Shown: positions 1 to 13,319 of the stretch, in pieces
Position numbering within the stretch: position 1 is the first letter of the stretch
Layout of the letters: the number at the start of each line of letters is the position of its first letter
Assembly: GCF_963921235.1 (NCBI RefSeq)
Contig: NC_086108.1
Coordinates: forward strand, 83,330,001-83,394,000
DNA length: 64,000 bases
Origin: Mobula hypostoma
Lineage: Eukaryota
Direction: 5' to 3'
The notes under the pieces: model-generated
Seen by the model: the letters and a program-made list of their open reading frames with translations, nothing else
The model's database searches: none
What the model was told of the DNA's origin: nothing
Translations under genes and position numbers: made by a program

Positions 1-185
1 TGCAGGCCAGGCGGCCTCTGTGGAAAAAAGTACAGTCGACGTTTCGGGCTGAAACCCTTCAGCAGGACTCAGGATACATGGCTGTAAGTAGCAGGTCTGG
101 GTAAGCACGTGGTCGAAAAGTTGAACAGGATCACAACAGGGATCACAGTGGGACAGCAGTGAGAGTTTCACTGAACTCCCACCAT
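1..185 (-). mobile_element. Penelope-like pLTR fragment plus a putative ORF fragment
   Basis: Degenerate hammerhead at 34-69; 71-185 is homologous to the 70-bp unit at 56573. Confidence 0.65.
34..69 (-). ncRNA. Minimal hammerhead ribozyme motif, core mutated (CUGCUGA)
   Basis: AGUC-CUGCUGA-AGGG-UUUCAG-CCC-GAAACGUC-GACU. Confidence 0.55.
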
Positions 186-1229
186 GTAAATCCATTACAG
201 AACAGATATTACAGGAAACACTGAATGAATTCAGCTGATTATTATTTTTAATCACTAATTCCATTAATGAAATCTTTCAGGTTTACCTGAATTTACACTA
301 ATTTTCTTTTCAAAAATGAACTTCTTTCAAAGCAGAAATAACATTAAGAGAACCGAAAGGTAACAATAAATTTAATGCCTTTTTTGAAAAAGATTTAATT
401 AAAAAGATAGATTTAATCACAATAAGATTGTATCTGCGTGTTTTTTTTTCTCCATTCATCAGACATTTAGATTTCATGTACTTTTCTAGTAGAATTTGCC
501 TTTGTAATCTATATAGTAACTTCATTAGCTAAAAAAAAGTTGGTTCCCAAAAATTATGAACCTTCGTAAAAAATAAAAATTTTCAAAACAAGCTTACATA
601 AAACATTCAATCTTATTGATATTGATTTTGAACTACAGTATGTGCCACCATGACAACTAATGGCTTCAAGTGTCTGTCATAATTGCCTGAACCATAAAAA
701 GCAATAGAACCATAGATTATCTACATTAACCAATTATTCTTTTAATTACAGCATTTGTGGCAGACTCTCTTAGTACTATCACAGCAATTATGCACCATCT
801 TGTTTATTTTAAGCTGCAGATCAATCACTTCATGTAGATAGTAAAATACTAACCTGATAAAAAAATAATACCCATAATAGTTCTGTTGTATATTTCTTCA
901 AACCTTGGCACTATCACATTATTGTCCAACTTTCAAATAGGCGGGTACTCTCTCTGATTGGCAAGACCGATTTTTCATTGTTATCCAATAGGTGAATATT
1001 CATATTTGATTAGGAATTCAGCATTGCACATGCATTAGTCAATTATTTCTCCATGTCTCTCACTAGTTTTTCCTTTCATATTGCACAATCACAAACTGAG
1101 AATACTTAATACATCCTGCACTAAGGGCAACTATCTTATTTCTAGCTTTTTCTGCAATATCTGAATGATGCAATTTCCTCTACAAATATACGCAAATAAG
1201 ATAATCATAAGCTTTAGAACTTCATGATT

Positions 1230-1760
1230 CTTGATCAGATTGAAGAAGAGGCTAGATTAAGATCAAGGTCTCAGACACAGCTCAAACTCATGGCAGACCA
1301 GGCAACAGTGATCTCTACCCTTCTATATGCTACTCAGAGCTGAACTACTTAGAGCAAACATCTCTCAAGGCAGTGTAATAAATATCACTGCTGTCTGAAA
1401 AGAAATCTTCCAAATTCTCTTGAAGGTTAATGGAACCAACATCAGCATTCTCTCATGGACTAACATCTCTAACCTATTTACTCTTGGTTGGCTACATTAG
1501 ACAGGCCCCAATGTTCACAAGACGGACTCCAGACTCCCAAAATGGACACTACTTCCAAGCTCTATCATGGGAAGAGATAACCAAGCAAATAGAGAAAGTT
1601 ACAAAACAATGATCAAAGTTTCCTTGAAGTACAACTGTCCTTGGGAACTTCTGATTTGCCTTTATTTAAAGTGGAGAAGGAGCTTTCAAGTTGATATTGA
1701 CAACCTCAAAATTATATGTTGGGAACACAAAGAAAGTCCTGCCCAAGTGGTGGAAGGAGT
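1230..1760 (+). mobile_element. Degenerate RTE-like LINE 3' fragment (related copy at ~7250-7780)
   Basis: Decayed RT C-terminal motifs shared between the two copies. Confidence 0.45.
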
Positions 1761-2371
1761 GCACATCTCCACAAACTACTCACCCATCCAGTCAGGTACA
1801 TACTGCACCATTTCTATAGTGAAAATGACTCAAATACATTTATAATTAATTTTACTGAAAACTGCAAACAATTCAAAAAAAAAAATACCCTCATACAATA
1901 TTGTCCTTCAGAAACAGTCATTTACAGAAATGTTTCCTCAGCTCCTCTAAACAGGAGCATAAGGATTAAAAAGCATTAATTGAACACATTTATGTGATGT
2001 ATGTATACACTGAGTTAGTTAAAATATCACAGGGGAGAGGAGATAAGTTAATAGTCATAAAGACCTGCTACATCAGGCAAGTCAGTGTATGATTCAATTG
2101 TGGCATTCCATTGTCAAATTACCTGCCAATATATCTGAAAAATAATATATTCTAGGCAAGCTTGAATACAGAACCAGGTTAATAAAATTTATCCACACAT
2201 TTTAATTTCCTCTGCACTGACTGTGCAAAATTATAGCATTGTTGTTGCAAGACTCAATATTCAGAGTAAAACATGTTTTACAAGAAATCCATCACAGCAG
2301 GACTGCTGCAATACATCAGTAGTGATACATTATATAGATAGTAGTGGATACATGCAATATAGAACTGCAAT

Positions 2372-2720
2372 ATGTCTGAAAAGAGGATGCTGTCTAAGTT
2401 GCATGCCATCTTGGTCAATGTCTCCCATCCACTACATAATGTACTAGGTGGGCACAGGAGTACATTCAGCCAGAGACTCATTCCTCCAAGATGCAGCACA
2501 GAGCGTCATAGGAAGTCATTCCTGCCTGTGGCCATCAAACTTTACAACTCCTCCCTTGGAGGGTCAGACACCCTGTGCTGATAGGCTGGTCCTGGACTTA
2601 TTTCATAATTTCATAGTTACATATTACTATTTAACTATTTATGGTTCTATTACTATTATTTATGGTACGACTGTAACAAAAACCAATTTCCCCCTGGGAT
2701 CAATAAAGTATGACTATAAC
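2372..2720 (+). mobile_element. Rex1/Babar LINE 3' end
   Basis: SHPLH...TFSQRLIPPRCSTERHRKSFLPVAIKLYN; tail gggatcaataaagta. Confidence 0.8.
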
Positions 2721-4137
2721 ATACAACATCGAACAGTACAGCACAGCAACAGGCTCTTCAGCCCACAATGTTGTGCTGAAACAAATAAATTAGTAATCAA
2801 ATGGCCAACTAAACTAATCTCTTGTGCCTACACAATGTCTATTTCTTTCCATTTTCCTCGCATTCATGTGCCTATCTAAACATTTCTTAAAAGTCCCTAA
2901 TGTATCTGCTCTACCACCACCCCAGGCACCCACCACTCTCTGTGTAAAAAAAAAACCTGCCTCACACAACTCCTTTATAATTACCCCCTTTCACTTCAAA
3001 TTCCTCCCTCTGGTATTAGACATTTCAACCCTGGAAAAAAAGATACTGTCTATCTACTCTATCTATGCCTCTCATAATATTGTAAACCTCTACCAGATCT
3101 CCCTTCAGCCACTCTAGAAAAAACACCTCAAGTCAGTTCAAACTCTCATTATAGCACATACACTCTAACACAGGCAGCATCCTGGTAAAGCTCTTCTGCA
3201 CCCTTTCCAAAGGCTTGACATCCTTCCTAGAATAGGGTGACCAGAACTGTATGCAATACTTCAGATGCAGGCTAACTACAGTTTTATAAAGCTGCAATGT
3301 GATTTCCTGACTTTTGAACTCAATGCCTCAACTGATAAAGGAAAGCATGCCATATGCCTTCTTAACCATCTATCAACCTTAAAGCAGGTTGATAGAGTGG
3401 CTCAGAAGGCATATGGCATGCTTAACTTGGGGACCCTAAGATCCCTCTGCTCATCAACACTTGAGGGTATTGCCCTTAACAGCATACTGTCTTTTTAAGA
3501 TTTAACCTCCTCGGGTGCAACACTTCACACTTGGCCGGTTAATGTCCATCTGCCATTTCTCTACCCATATCTGAACCTGATCTATATCCCACTGTATTCT
3601 TTGTCATTCTTCTATCACAACACTAATCTTCGTATCATCTGCAAACTTGCTAGCCTACCATGTACATTTTCATCTAAGTCAATTAGATACATCACAAACA
3701 GCAAGAGGTTCCAGTACAGATCCCTGTGGAACATCACTAATCACAGACCTCCTGCTGGAAAAGGTCCCTTCGACCAGCACCCTCTGACTTCTATAGGCAA
3801 ACTAGTTCTAAATTCAAACGATCAATTCGCCATGGATCCCATGCATCTTAATCTTCTAGATGAGACTTCCATGAGAGACCTAGTCAAATGCTTTAATAAA
3901 ATCCATTTAGACAACATCCACAGCTCTACTTTGATCAATCATCTTCATTCAAAACACTCAATCAAGTTAGTAAGACAAGTCTTGTCCCACACAAAGCCAT
4001 GCAGGCTCTTCCTAATTAAGCCATGGTTTTCCAAATGCTCATAAATCCTATCTCTAAGAATTCTCTCCAGTAACTTCCCAACCATTGACGTTAAGATTCT
4101 TAAGTCTATAGATTATCCCTGGTTCCCTTCTTGAACA

Positions 4138-4352
4138 AGCAAACAACAGGAATTCTGCAGATGCTGGAAATTCAAGCAACACACATAAAAGTTGCTGGTG
4201 AACGCAGCAGGCCAGGCAGCATCTCTAGGAAGAGATGCAGTCGACGTTTCAGGCCGAGACCCTTCGTCAGGACTAACTGAAGGAAGAGTGAGTAAGGGAT
4301 TTGAAAGTTGGAGGGGGAGGGGGAGATCCAAAATGAACTTTTATGTGTGTTG
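4138..4352 (-). mobile_element. Penelope-like pLTR with a short inverted arm, nested in CR1
   Basis: Exact 13-bp TSD cccttcttgaaca (4125-37, 4353-65); 4336-4353 is the reverse complement of 4176-4193. Confidence 0.85.
4239..4274 (-). ncRNA. Minimal type I hammerhead ribozyme motif
   Basis: AGUC-CUGACGA-AGG-GUCUCGG-CCU-GAAACGUC-GACU. Confidence 0.75.
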
Positions 4353-7300
4353 CCCTTCTTGAACAGCCTTCTTTGCTAGTCCTCTGGGACTTCACCTGTG
4401 GCTAGGGAGGACACAAAGATATTGGTCAAAGCCCCAGTAATCTCTTCATTTGCCTCTCTCAATACTGTAACCTGGGGGATATCCCATCATGCCCTGAGAA
4501 CTTATCCACCATAATGCTCTAAAGAAACCTTACACAACCTCTTCCTTTACTTCAAAATACTCACAACACTGATCTCTCTATCCTCCACATCTTCTTCTTG
4601 GTAAATACTGATGTAAAGTACTTATTAAAGACCTTGCCACATCCCTTACATCAAGTAAGTATTCCACCTCCCCCACCACCCACCTAAGCCTGAGTGTTCC
4701 CACACACTCCCTAGATATCCTCTTGTTCCTGATGTATGTATAGAATACCTTAGGATTCTCATTAATCCTACTTGCCAAGGACTTTCCATGGCCTCCTCCT
4801 GGCTTTCTTACTTCTCTTGAGTTCTTTTCTGGCTTCTTTATAACCCTCCATGCCTCTGTTTGATTCTAGCTCCCTAGCTTTATATACTTTTCTTTTTGAC
4901 TAAATTCATCACCACCCTCAACATCCTCGGTTCTCTTACCTTTACCATCCTTGTCCTTCCTTCTGACTGAAACATACTCATCCTATACTCTGTGCAGTCG
5001 GTCTTCAAGTACCCTCCACATATTGGATTATGGACTTGCCCAGAAACAGCTGTTCCCAATTAACTCTCCCTTTGATCTCATAATTTGCCCTGCTCCAGTT
5101 TAATACTCTCCCACAAGGTCCACACTTAACCTAATCTATAGCTATCTTAAAACAGAAGGAGTTGCAATCACTGTTCCCTAACTGTTCACCCACTAAAAGG
5201 TCCATCACCTGGTCAGGCTCATTACCCAACACAAGATCCAATTTTGCCCCTCCACTTGAAGAGACCCTCCAGAATGAACCTGACAAATTCTGCCCTATCT
5301 AAGCCATTTGCACTGAGAAGGTTATATTAGGGAAGTTGAATTGCCCCATGACAACAACCCTATTGCTTTTACACCCTTCTTCAATCTACCTGCATATCTG
5401 CTTCTCAATGTTCTGCACTCTGGAGGGTTGTTGGGAGGGTCTGTAGTACAAAGTCAGAGTGATTATACCCTTCCTATTTATGATTTCTACCCGTATAAAC
5501 TCAGTGGACAAGCCCTCCATTATGAGTGCAGATGTGATATTTTCTCTGATTAGTAATGCAATTCCTCCTCTTCCCCCCCCCCCCCGCCACTACCTTTTTA
5601 CCTCCCTATCTTTTCTAAAACATCAAAACCCTGGAACATTAAGCACCCGCTCTCAGCCAAGCTTTTGTAATGGATACAACATCATAGTTCCATAAACTGA
5701 TCCATGCTCTAAGTTCATCACCTTTACTTATAATACTATGATTAAAATATACACACTTCAAACTATCTGTCCCATCGTATCTATTACTTCGCTGCTTCCC
5801 ATTTCTACTGGTCCTGACATCTATCTTCCTCTGCATCCCTCCATTTTCTGACCTGATCCTGTCTGCTTCACGTCCTCTGCCATACTGGTTTAAACCCTCC
5901 TGAGTAAAACTAACAAACATCTCAGCCAGTTTAGGTAACAATCAGTCCCTCATGTACAGGTCAACCCTGCCCCAGAAGAGGTTCCAATGATCTGAAGCCT
6001 TTTGTCCTGCACCAGTTCCTCAGCCACTCATTAATCTGTACTGTCATCCTACTTCTGCCCCTGACTAGCATATGGTACTGGGGCTAATTCAGAGATTATT
6101 ACCTTGGAGGTCCTGCTCTTCAGCTTCTTTCCTAACACACTATACTCTCTGCACAGGATTTCTTTCCCACTTTCTACCCCATGTCATTAGTGCCAACGTG
6201 CACCACAACATCTGGCTGCCCACCCTCTGCCTTCAGAATATTCTGCAGCCACTCTGAGACATCCTGGACCCCTGCACCTGGGAGGCCACACACCATTCTG
6301 GCGTCTCTTTCTTGGCCACAGTATCTTCTGTTCATTCCCTCTAACTATTGTGTCTCCTATCACTATCGCACTTCCTGACTTTACCCTTCCCTGCTTAGCC
6401 CCAGAGCTGGCCACAGTGCCACTGGTCTGACTGCTGCTACAGTGCCCTGATAGGACATTCCCCTACCAGTATTTAAAGAGGTATACTTGTTGCTGAGGGG
6501 AACGGCTACAGGGGAACCCTGCACTAATTGCTCATTCCCTTATTCCTCCAAGTGGTCACTCATCTATTATCTGAAGACTGCACTGTATGACCACCTCAGT
6601 AAATGTTTCATCTATGAGGTTTCCAGCCTCCCACATGGTCCTGAGTATATCTAGCTCCAGCTTCAGTTCCTTAACCTTGTCAGTCAGGAGCTAAAGTTGG
6701 GTGCAATGCCTACAGATGTATTCAGGTACCCTGAAATCCCACATCTCACAAGAAGAGCATTCCACCTCCTTAACCATCCTGCCTATACTGACTAAAAATT
6801 TACAGACTGTAAAAAAAGTTTATCTGGTCTTACTTGTGCCTTCTCTCTGAAATCGAGTTTCACTTGTTCTCGGAGAAGACTGCTGAGCTAAAGGCTGGGC
6901 GCTCTAACACTGGCCCACTCACACAATGACTACTCCCAGAATGGCCACAATATAATTATATAAATGTATACTGAGAAAGCCAGTCAAATATTCTGACTCA
7001 CACACACCAAATCCATTGTTCAGACAGTATTATACTTGAAAATTTGTTCTGCCAGCTAATTTATATCCCTGCTTGGTTTTCAGCCTCTTTTCTTCAGCTC
7101 TTGACCTTCTGTTATGACATACCAGTAAAGAACAGTCAAAACTGCTTTCAGAATAAAATCACATGATAAATTAATATGTCCTTATACTTGCTTCTGACGC
7201 CTGCGCCATCTAGTGCAGGCATATTAAGACTGTGGAAAAATACGACCAACGCTGTCTCTGTAAAATCCTCCAACATTCACTGGTATTATAAATGAATCAT

Positions 7301-7984
7301 CACATGCATCCTCTCCCAGGCTGACATTCCCAGCATAGAGACTCTAGCTAGTCTCAGCTGGTGGTTGCAGAAGCTGCGTCATTCGCATGCTTAACACTAG
7401 GCTCCTAAAATAGACATTTTATTCCGAGATCTGTCATGAAAAAAAGATTATCAGGTGGACAGAGTGAAAGATTTAAGTATGTTCAAAGCTTCTTGAAGTA
7501 GTACAACATTCCCATGTACTCCAGAGAACTTGTGACCCTTAATCATTCAAAGAGGTGAAGTTTCATTTGGGACGGTACTGGCAACATTGAGGCCATGCAT
7601 TAGGAATACCCCAAAACATGGCAGAATTGTAGAAGAAGGACACAATCTCCCAAACTATCCATCTACCCCATTAGCTACTCCTTCCCACCTGCGGAAAAAG
7701 ATTAAGGTTCCCAATGTAGCATCATCAGCCATCTTAGAATCAGACCTTCCTTGATCCCAAGGGGCTGTCTAAGAAGAAGATAAATCTGTCAATAGGTATT
7801 TGTTCAGTATATTCCTCAAATCATTGACAAATTGAAGACTTGCAGTGAAATAGCAAATTAAAGCTCATACAAATACAGTATGTCCTAGTACAATTAAATT
7901 TCATGCAAATCACACAGTTCCCATGATTGTCAACCACCAAAGGGGCTAAGTCTAACTGGAAAACCCTATTTTCCAGCAGAAAAC

Positions 7985-8830
7985 CTCAAGTGTTGCTCAC
8001 AGGGTTGTGGCCTGAGTCCTCTCCTCTACTCCCTTTACACCCACTACTGTGTTGCAACACACAGCTCCAATTTGCTGATCAAATTTGCAGATAACATGAC
8101 ATTGATCCCCTTATTTCTAGCAGTGGCAAGACTGCCTACAAGAGGAGAGGTTGATACCCTGACGCAGCGGTGCCAAGATAACAACCTCTCCCTTAATGTC
8201 TAAAAAACAAAAGAGCTGATTGTGGATTACAGGAGGAACGGAGACAGGCTCGCCCCAAACAACATCAAAGGGACTGCAGTTGAGACAGTTAGTTTCAAGT
8301 TGCTCGGTATACACATCACTGAAGATCTCACCTGGACTGTACACACCGGCTGTGTGGCAAAAAAAAGCATAACAGCGTCTCTTCCACCTTAGGTGACTGA
8401 AGAAGTTCGGAATGAGCCCCCAGATCCTCAAGATCTTCTACAGGGGCACCATTGAGAGCATCCTGACTGGCTGCATCACCGCCTGGTACAAGAACTGCAC
8501 CAATCTTGAACGCTGGGCACTGCAGAGAGTGGTTACGGACAGCCCAGAGAATCTGTGGACGTGAACTTCCCTCCAATGAGGACATTTTCAGCAGCAGGTG
8601 CGTAAAATAGTCCTGGAAGATCACCCCAACCATAAACTGCTTCAGCTGCTTCCGTATGGCAAATGGTACCGCAGCATTAAATCCGGGACCAACAGGCTAC
8701 GGAATGGCTTCTTTCTAGAAGCCCATTAGACTTATAAATTCACATGTCTGTGCATTGCAACAAAGTCATAACGCAAAGATTTTCACTCCCTCACGTTGTG
8801 GGACGGGTGTAAGATTTAAATAAATTCACT
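7985..8830 (+). mobile_element. Rex-Babar-like LINE RT C-terminal fragment
   Basis: QGCGLSPLLYSLYTH, KFAD, KTKELIVDYRR, FYRGTIESILTGCITAWY (degenerate). Confidence 0.8.
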
Positions 8831-9391
8831 AAGTCACAGTTCCTAAGACCCAATCTTGTAAGCATTGAACTAAGTAATATATAACGGAAAAAAAGATAAT
8901 TGTAAGTATTTTTTATCCAATGTTATGCACCTTTTTTTTTTACATTTGACATATCTTGCATAACCCTGTCACAAATAACAACTTCTTTAAATTACTAAAT
9001 AGCAATGAGAAATACAGATTTACACACACTGAACAGCATGCAAATTCCAAAATGACAGAAATCATAAAACCCAAGGAAATCAAATTTGATTCTTTGAAGC
9101 TAATCTCTCAACTAGCTGCAGTTTCACATCAGTATAAAGTAACTTGCACCATGAACAATCAAAATTCAGATCAGATGTCAAGCCTCAGCCTGTTCTGGAA
9201 TTAAATGGTGTCAGATACAGTGAAAGAGTCCATGTTGATGTAGTATTGATTGGTTGAAACTGGATACATAGTAATCCATTTTGTGGTCTTATAAAGCCTA
9301 GCCTAACATCAACCTGTATTAAGCCTTCCCTAGTTCTGTGCCCTTGCATGGGTTTTTATTCAAGAAATTTTATCTCCCTTCAACATCCATT

Positions 9392-10760
9392 AGAACATAG
9401 AACAGTACAGTACAGCACAGTACAGGCACTTCAGCCCACGGCCTTATACCGACCATTTAATCTATTTGAAGATCAACATAACCCTTCACTCCCACATAGT
9501 ACTTCATCTTTCTTTTATCCATGTGCCTATCTAAAGAGGTCCTGTAATGCCCCTAATGAATCTGCCTCTACCCCTAGCAGGGCTTTCCACGCACCCACCA
9601 CTCTCTCCCTCTCTGTAAAAAAAACTCTCTGACATCTCCCCTATACTTTCCTTCAATCATCCTTGTATTAGCCATTTCCACTCTAGGAAAAAATCTCTGG
9701 CTGTCCACTCCATTTATGCCTTTTATCACCTGCTACACATCTATCAGGTCACCTCCATCCTTCACTGCAAAGAGAAAAGCCGTAGCTCACTCAAATTATT
9801 CTCATAAGGAAAGGTACGTCGCATCCGGAGTTTCTCCAGTTAGCGGATGATTTCCCTCCACGCCTCTCTGACGTAGTGGGGAGAAATGCTCTTTAATCCT
9901 AGTGAATCTCCTCTGTGCCCTCGCTAAAGCTTCCACATTCTTCTTATAATGAGATGACCAGAAATGAACATAATATTCCAAGTATGGCCTAACCAGAGAT
10001 TTATAGAGCTGCAACATTACTCTTGAACTTGAACTCAATCTCCTGACTAATGAAGGTCATCACACCATATACCTTTTTAACCAACCTATCAACTTTCACA
10101 GCACACTTGAGTGATCTATGGACGTAGAACGGAAAATCAACACTGCTAAGAATCTTGCCACTAACCCTGTATTCTGTCTGCAAATTCGACCATCCAAAGT
10201 TTATAATTTCACACTTTTCCAAGTGAACAGCATCTACAACTTCTCAGCCCAGCTCCACATCCCATCAATGTCCTGTTATAACCTATGACAACCTTCTAAA
10301 CAACCACAACACCATCAACCTACATGTCATCTGCAAAATTCCAGTTTAAGTGACTTCTGGCTGGTGACTAATGAAACAAGGATAGCAACTAAATACTTTG
10401 TTAATTACACTTTTTCTGGCAAATGATCATTGCAAGTAAGTCTGTAACTTCCCTTTGGACTTGGAGGCCAAATAGTCCTTATATTCGTTAATGTCTCTCT
10501 CTGACAAATACTGAAGAAAAGTATTAATTAAGACCACCCCCCCCCCACCTTACCTCCTCTGACTTCAGGCACACATTTTCTCTTCTATCCCTGATCTGTC
10601 CTACTCTCACTCTAATCATCCCTTTGTTCTTCACATATACCAAAGCCTTCTCATGCCAGCTTCTAGCTCTCTCCTAAATCCCATCTTAAATTCCTACCTT
10701 GAAACTCTCAAGGGTCCTGTTTAATCCTTCCTTCTAACTTTCTCTTGACTAGATGTTCCA
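9392..10760 (-). mobile_element. CR1 LINE fragments (RT C-terminus and 3' UTR)
   Basis: LYKSLVRPYLEYYVHFWS, EKCEIINFG motifs. Confidence 0.8.
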
Positions 10761-11232
10761 CATCTGTTGCCCACCATGGTTCATTCAACCTACCATCCTT
10801 TCCCTGCTTCAAAGAGACACCGCTGAGCACATCTACTTGGAGTACTGTCACAGGAAAGCAGTATCCATCCTCAAGGACACCCAAGTCATGCTCTCTTATC
10901 ATGGCTGCTATCAGGAAGAAAAGGTACAGGAGACATGCCACCAGGTTCTGGAACAGTTATTACCCCTCAACCATTAGCTCTTGAACCAAAGGGGATAACC
11001 TCACTCATTCTACTTCACTTTCAAGGACTCTTCATCTCAAGTTCTCGATATTTATTGGTTATTTACTTTTTATTCTTTTTTCTTTTGTATTTACACAATT
11101 TGTTATCTTTTGCACACTGGTTGTTTGTTCATCTTGTTAGGTGTGGTCTTTCATTAATTCAATTGTGCTTGTTGGATTTACTGCGTATGCCCACAATAAA
11201 ATGAATCTTAGAGTTGTATATGGTGACATATA

Positions 11233-11646
11233 CAGTACTGTGCAAAGGTCTTATGCACACTAGATTTTTTATATGGTTTCAAATGCCCTAATCTCCAGAC
11301 CCCTAATCTCAACATTAGATGCTGTCTGGGATTACCTGGAGACAGAAGCAAGAGAGACAGCCAAGTCTGCAGAAGAACTGCAACAAGCTCTCCAAGAAGC
11401 TTGGAACAACCTACCAGCTGATTTTCTTACAAAACTGCACAACAGTGTACCTAAGAGAATTGACGCAGTTTAAAAGGCAAAGGGCGGGCACACCAAATAC
11501 CGATTCAATTTAGTGTTTTCTTTTACTGTTTACTGTTCTTTAGAGTATTTTTTGACATTTAGAAAGCTTTCATTTCATTATTTTTGAAAGCATCTTCCCT
11601 TTACAGAGTTTTTTCCACATGTGCCCAAGACGTTTGCTCAGGACTG
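11233..11646 (+). mobile_element. Internally deleted Tc1 element
   Basis: TA-flanked TIRs CAGTACTGTGCAAAGGTCTT / AAGACGTTTGCTCAGGACTG; C-terminal transposase AVWDYLE...QEAWNNLP...KGGHTKY. Inserted in a TA of a LINE tail (compare the uninterrupted tail at ~38303-38350). Confidence 0.85.
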
Positions 11647-11689
11647 TATGTACTTTGATAATAAACGTATTGTGAAATTTGATTAGTCT

Positions 11690-12440
11690 TCCTCAAGTTC
11701 AGGTGTAATCCATCCATTTGAACAGGTCATACCTTCCCCGGTAGAGATCCCAATGATAGACAAATCTGAAACTTGGTGCCTACACCAATTCCTGGGACAC
11801 ACATTCATCTGACAAATTATCCTATTCTTACCCTCACTGGTGTGTGGGAATCCAGAGATCCAGAAATTAGTACCCTTGAGATCCTGCTTTTCAGCTTACC
11901 TAGCCCCCTTATATTTGCTCTTTAGGACTTCATCCCTTTTCCTACCCATGTCGTTGGTACCAATAAGTACCACAACTTCAACCTGCTTACTCTCCTCCTT
12001 AGGAATGCTGGGGACCCAATCTGAAACATCACTTACCCTGGTACCTGGGAGGCAACATGCTATTCAGGAATCTCTTTCACATCCAGAGAATCTCCTGTCT
12101 GTTCCCCAACTATTAAATCCCCTATTACCATCTCTCCCCTCTTCTCATGCCTTTCCTTCAAAGTCACGGAGCCAGATGCCTGATCACTGTGGCTTTCCTA
12201 TGGTAAGTAATTCCACACCCGACCCCCAACAGTATTCAAAGAATTGTAACTATCATTGAGGGGGAACAGCCAGAGGGGTACGTCACTGTAGTATCTATCA
12301 CCTTATTTTCCCAAATGAGCTGAAGCTCCAGTTCCCTAACACAGTCTGTAAGGAGCTGCACCCAGATGCACATCTCACAGATGGAGCAATCAGGATGACT
12401 GGAGGTCTCCCAGATCTCCCGCATCTTGCATGAGGATCCC
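11690..12440 (-). mobile_element. CR1 ORF1 fragment (zinc finger/esterase region)
   Basis: SSCKMREIWE...CEMCIWVQLLTDCVRELE; homologous to ~5930-6760. Confidence 0.7.
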
Positions 12441-12712
12441 TTGTATAAGCTACTTTTAAAATAATATTTTTTTAAAGTCTGTCCCAAGCCTTGTGGCTCA
12501 TCAGGCCGGTGCTTATGCCCGTTTCTGTGGCATGAAGCGACTGAGAGTATGAGACTTCCCCTTGGTTAGGACGGCAGTCTATCGCGAGGTTAACCCCCAG
12601 CATTTGCCAATTCAAATCTTTGACAGATAATCTGTTTCAATACAAACCAGTTAAGCAAATTCAATACAAACAGCAAAGTTCAAATTTTATTTTTGTTTTT
12701 TTAAAATCATAC

Positions 12713-12793
12713 CAGACAGCAGAAATAAGCATCTTCCTCAAACCACCTTCTCCTTTCCTCTCAAGATGTTTCAGGCACCGTGGCGCTTATCAA
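12713..12793 (-). other. Candidate second (5' UTR or start) exon, 81 nt
   Basis: Acceptor tttactgattttgcAG and donor CTG|GTATGA in non-repeat DNA, 760 bp downstream of exon 1; contains an ATG at 12732. Confidence 0.45.
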
Positions 12794-13319
12794 CTGCAAA
12801 ATCAGTAAAAAACTTAAATAATTCTAAGGGCATGATAATTATATATTTATAATTTAAATTGCAGAAGCAGATTAGAATAACCGGCAGCTTTACTACCAGG
12901 AGAACGGAGTGCAGCATTCTGAGTAACTGACTGCAGCAGGCTTTAATTGATGATAACTTTATTCTTGGGACACCGTGATCAAACGAACCGGCTGTTAAAG
13001 CACTATTTATGCAATTTGTCACACTGATGCAAGAGACTAAAGCTTACGCATACATTTTCCCACTGAGAACACTGATAGGAATTAACGACGTCCTATAACA
13101 GACTTGACCGTTAGTATCAGAGTATAAATAGTATGACAGAAGACAGGGGCTTTTGCCACGTCAGTTAGTAAAGGAGGAATATAGTTTTCTCCCTCCATCC
13201 TACAAAACAAAACAATAAATCAATTGCAAATTAATGAGGTTCTGGGCTGCAGTAAATGCCTCACTGCCTCTGTATACACTCTCATGACTCGTACAGCCTT
13301 ATAAATTGGAGATTGACTC

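Larger units (their letters stand above)
2725..6950 (-). mobile_element. Long degenerate CR1 LINE (ORF1 esterase, ORF2 APE and RT, 3' UTR)
   Basis: AIVIGDTIVRG (SGNH esterase), LKCVYFN..SIISKGDELRAWI...YDVVSIT (APE), NPKVFYTYIRNKR, RT remnants. Confidence 0.85.

Noticed and set aside
157..175. cagtga...tcactg hairpin shared with the 70-bp unit as a new structured RNA
   Set aside because: The shared sequence is more simply explained as homologous coding sequence of the element.
4113..4331. Recurrent peptide VSPDEGSRPETST...DAAWPAAF as a small gene family
   Set aside because: It is a conceptual translation of the pLTR/hammerhead repeat downstream of the real stop codon, with inconsistent starts and ends.
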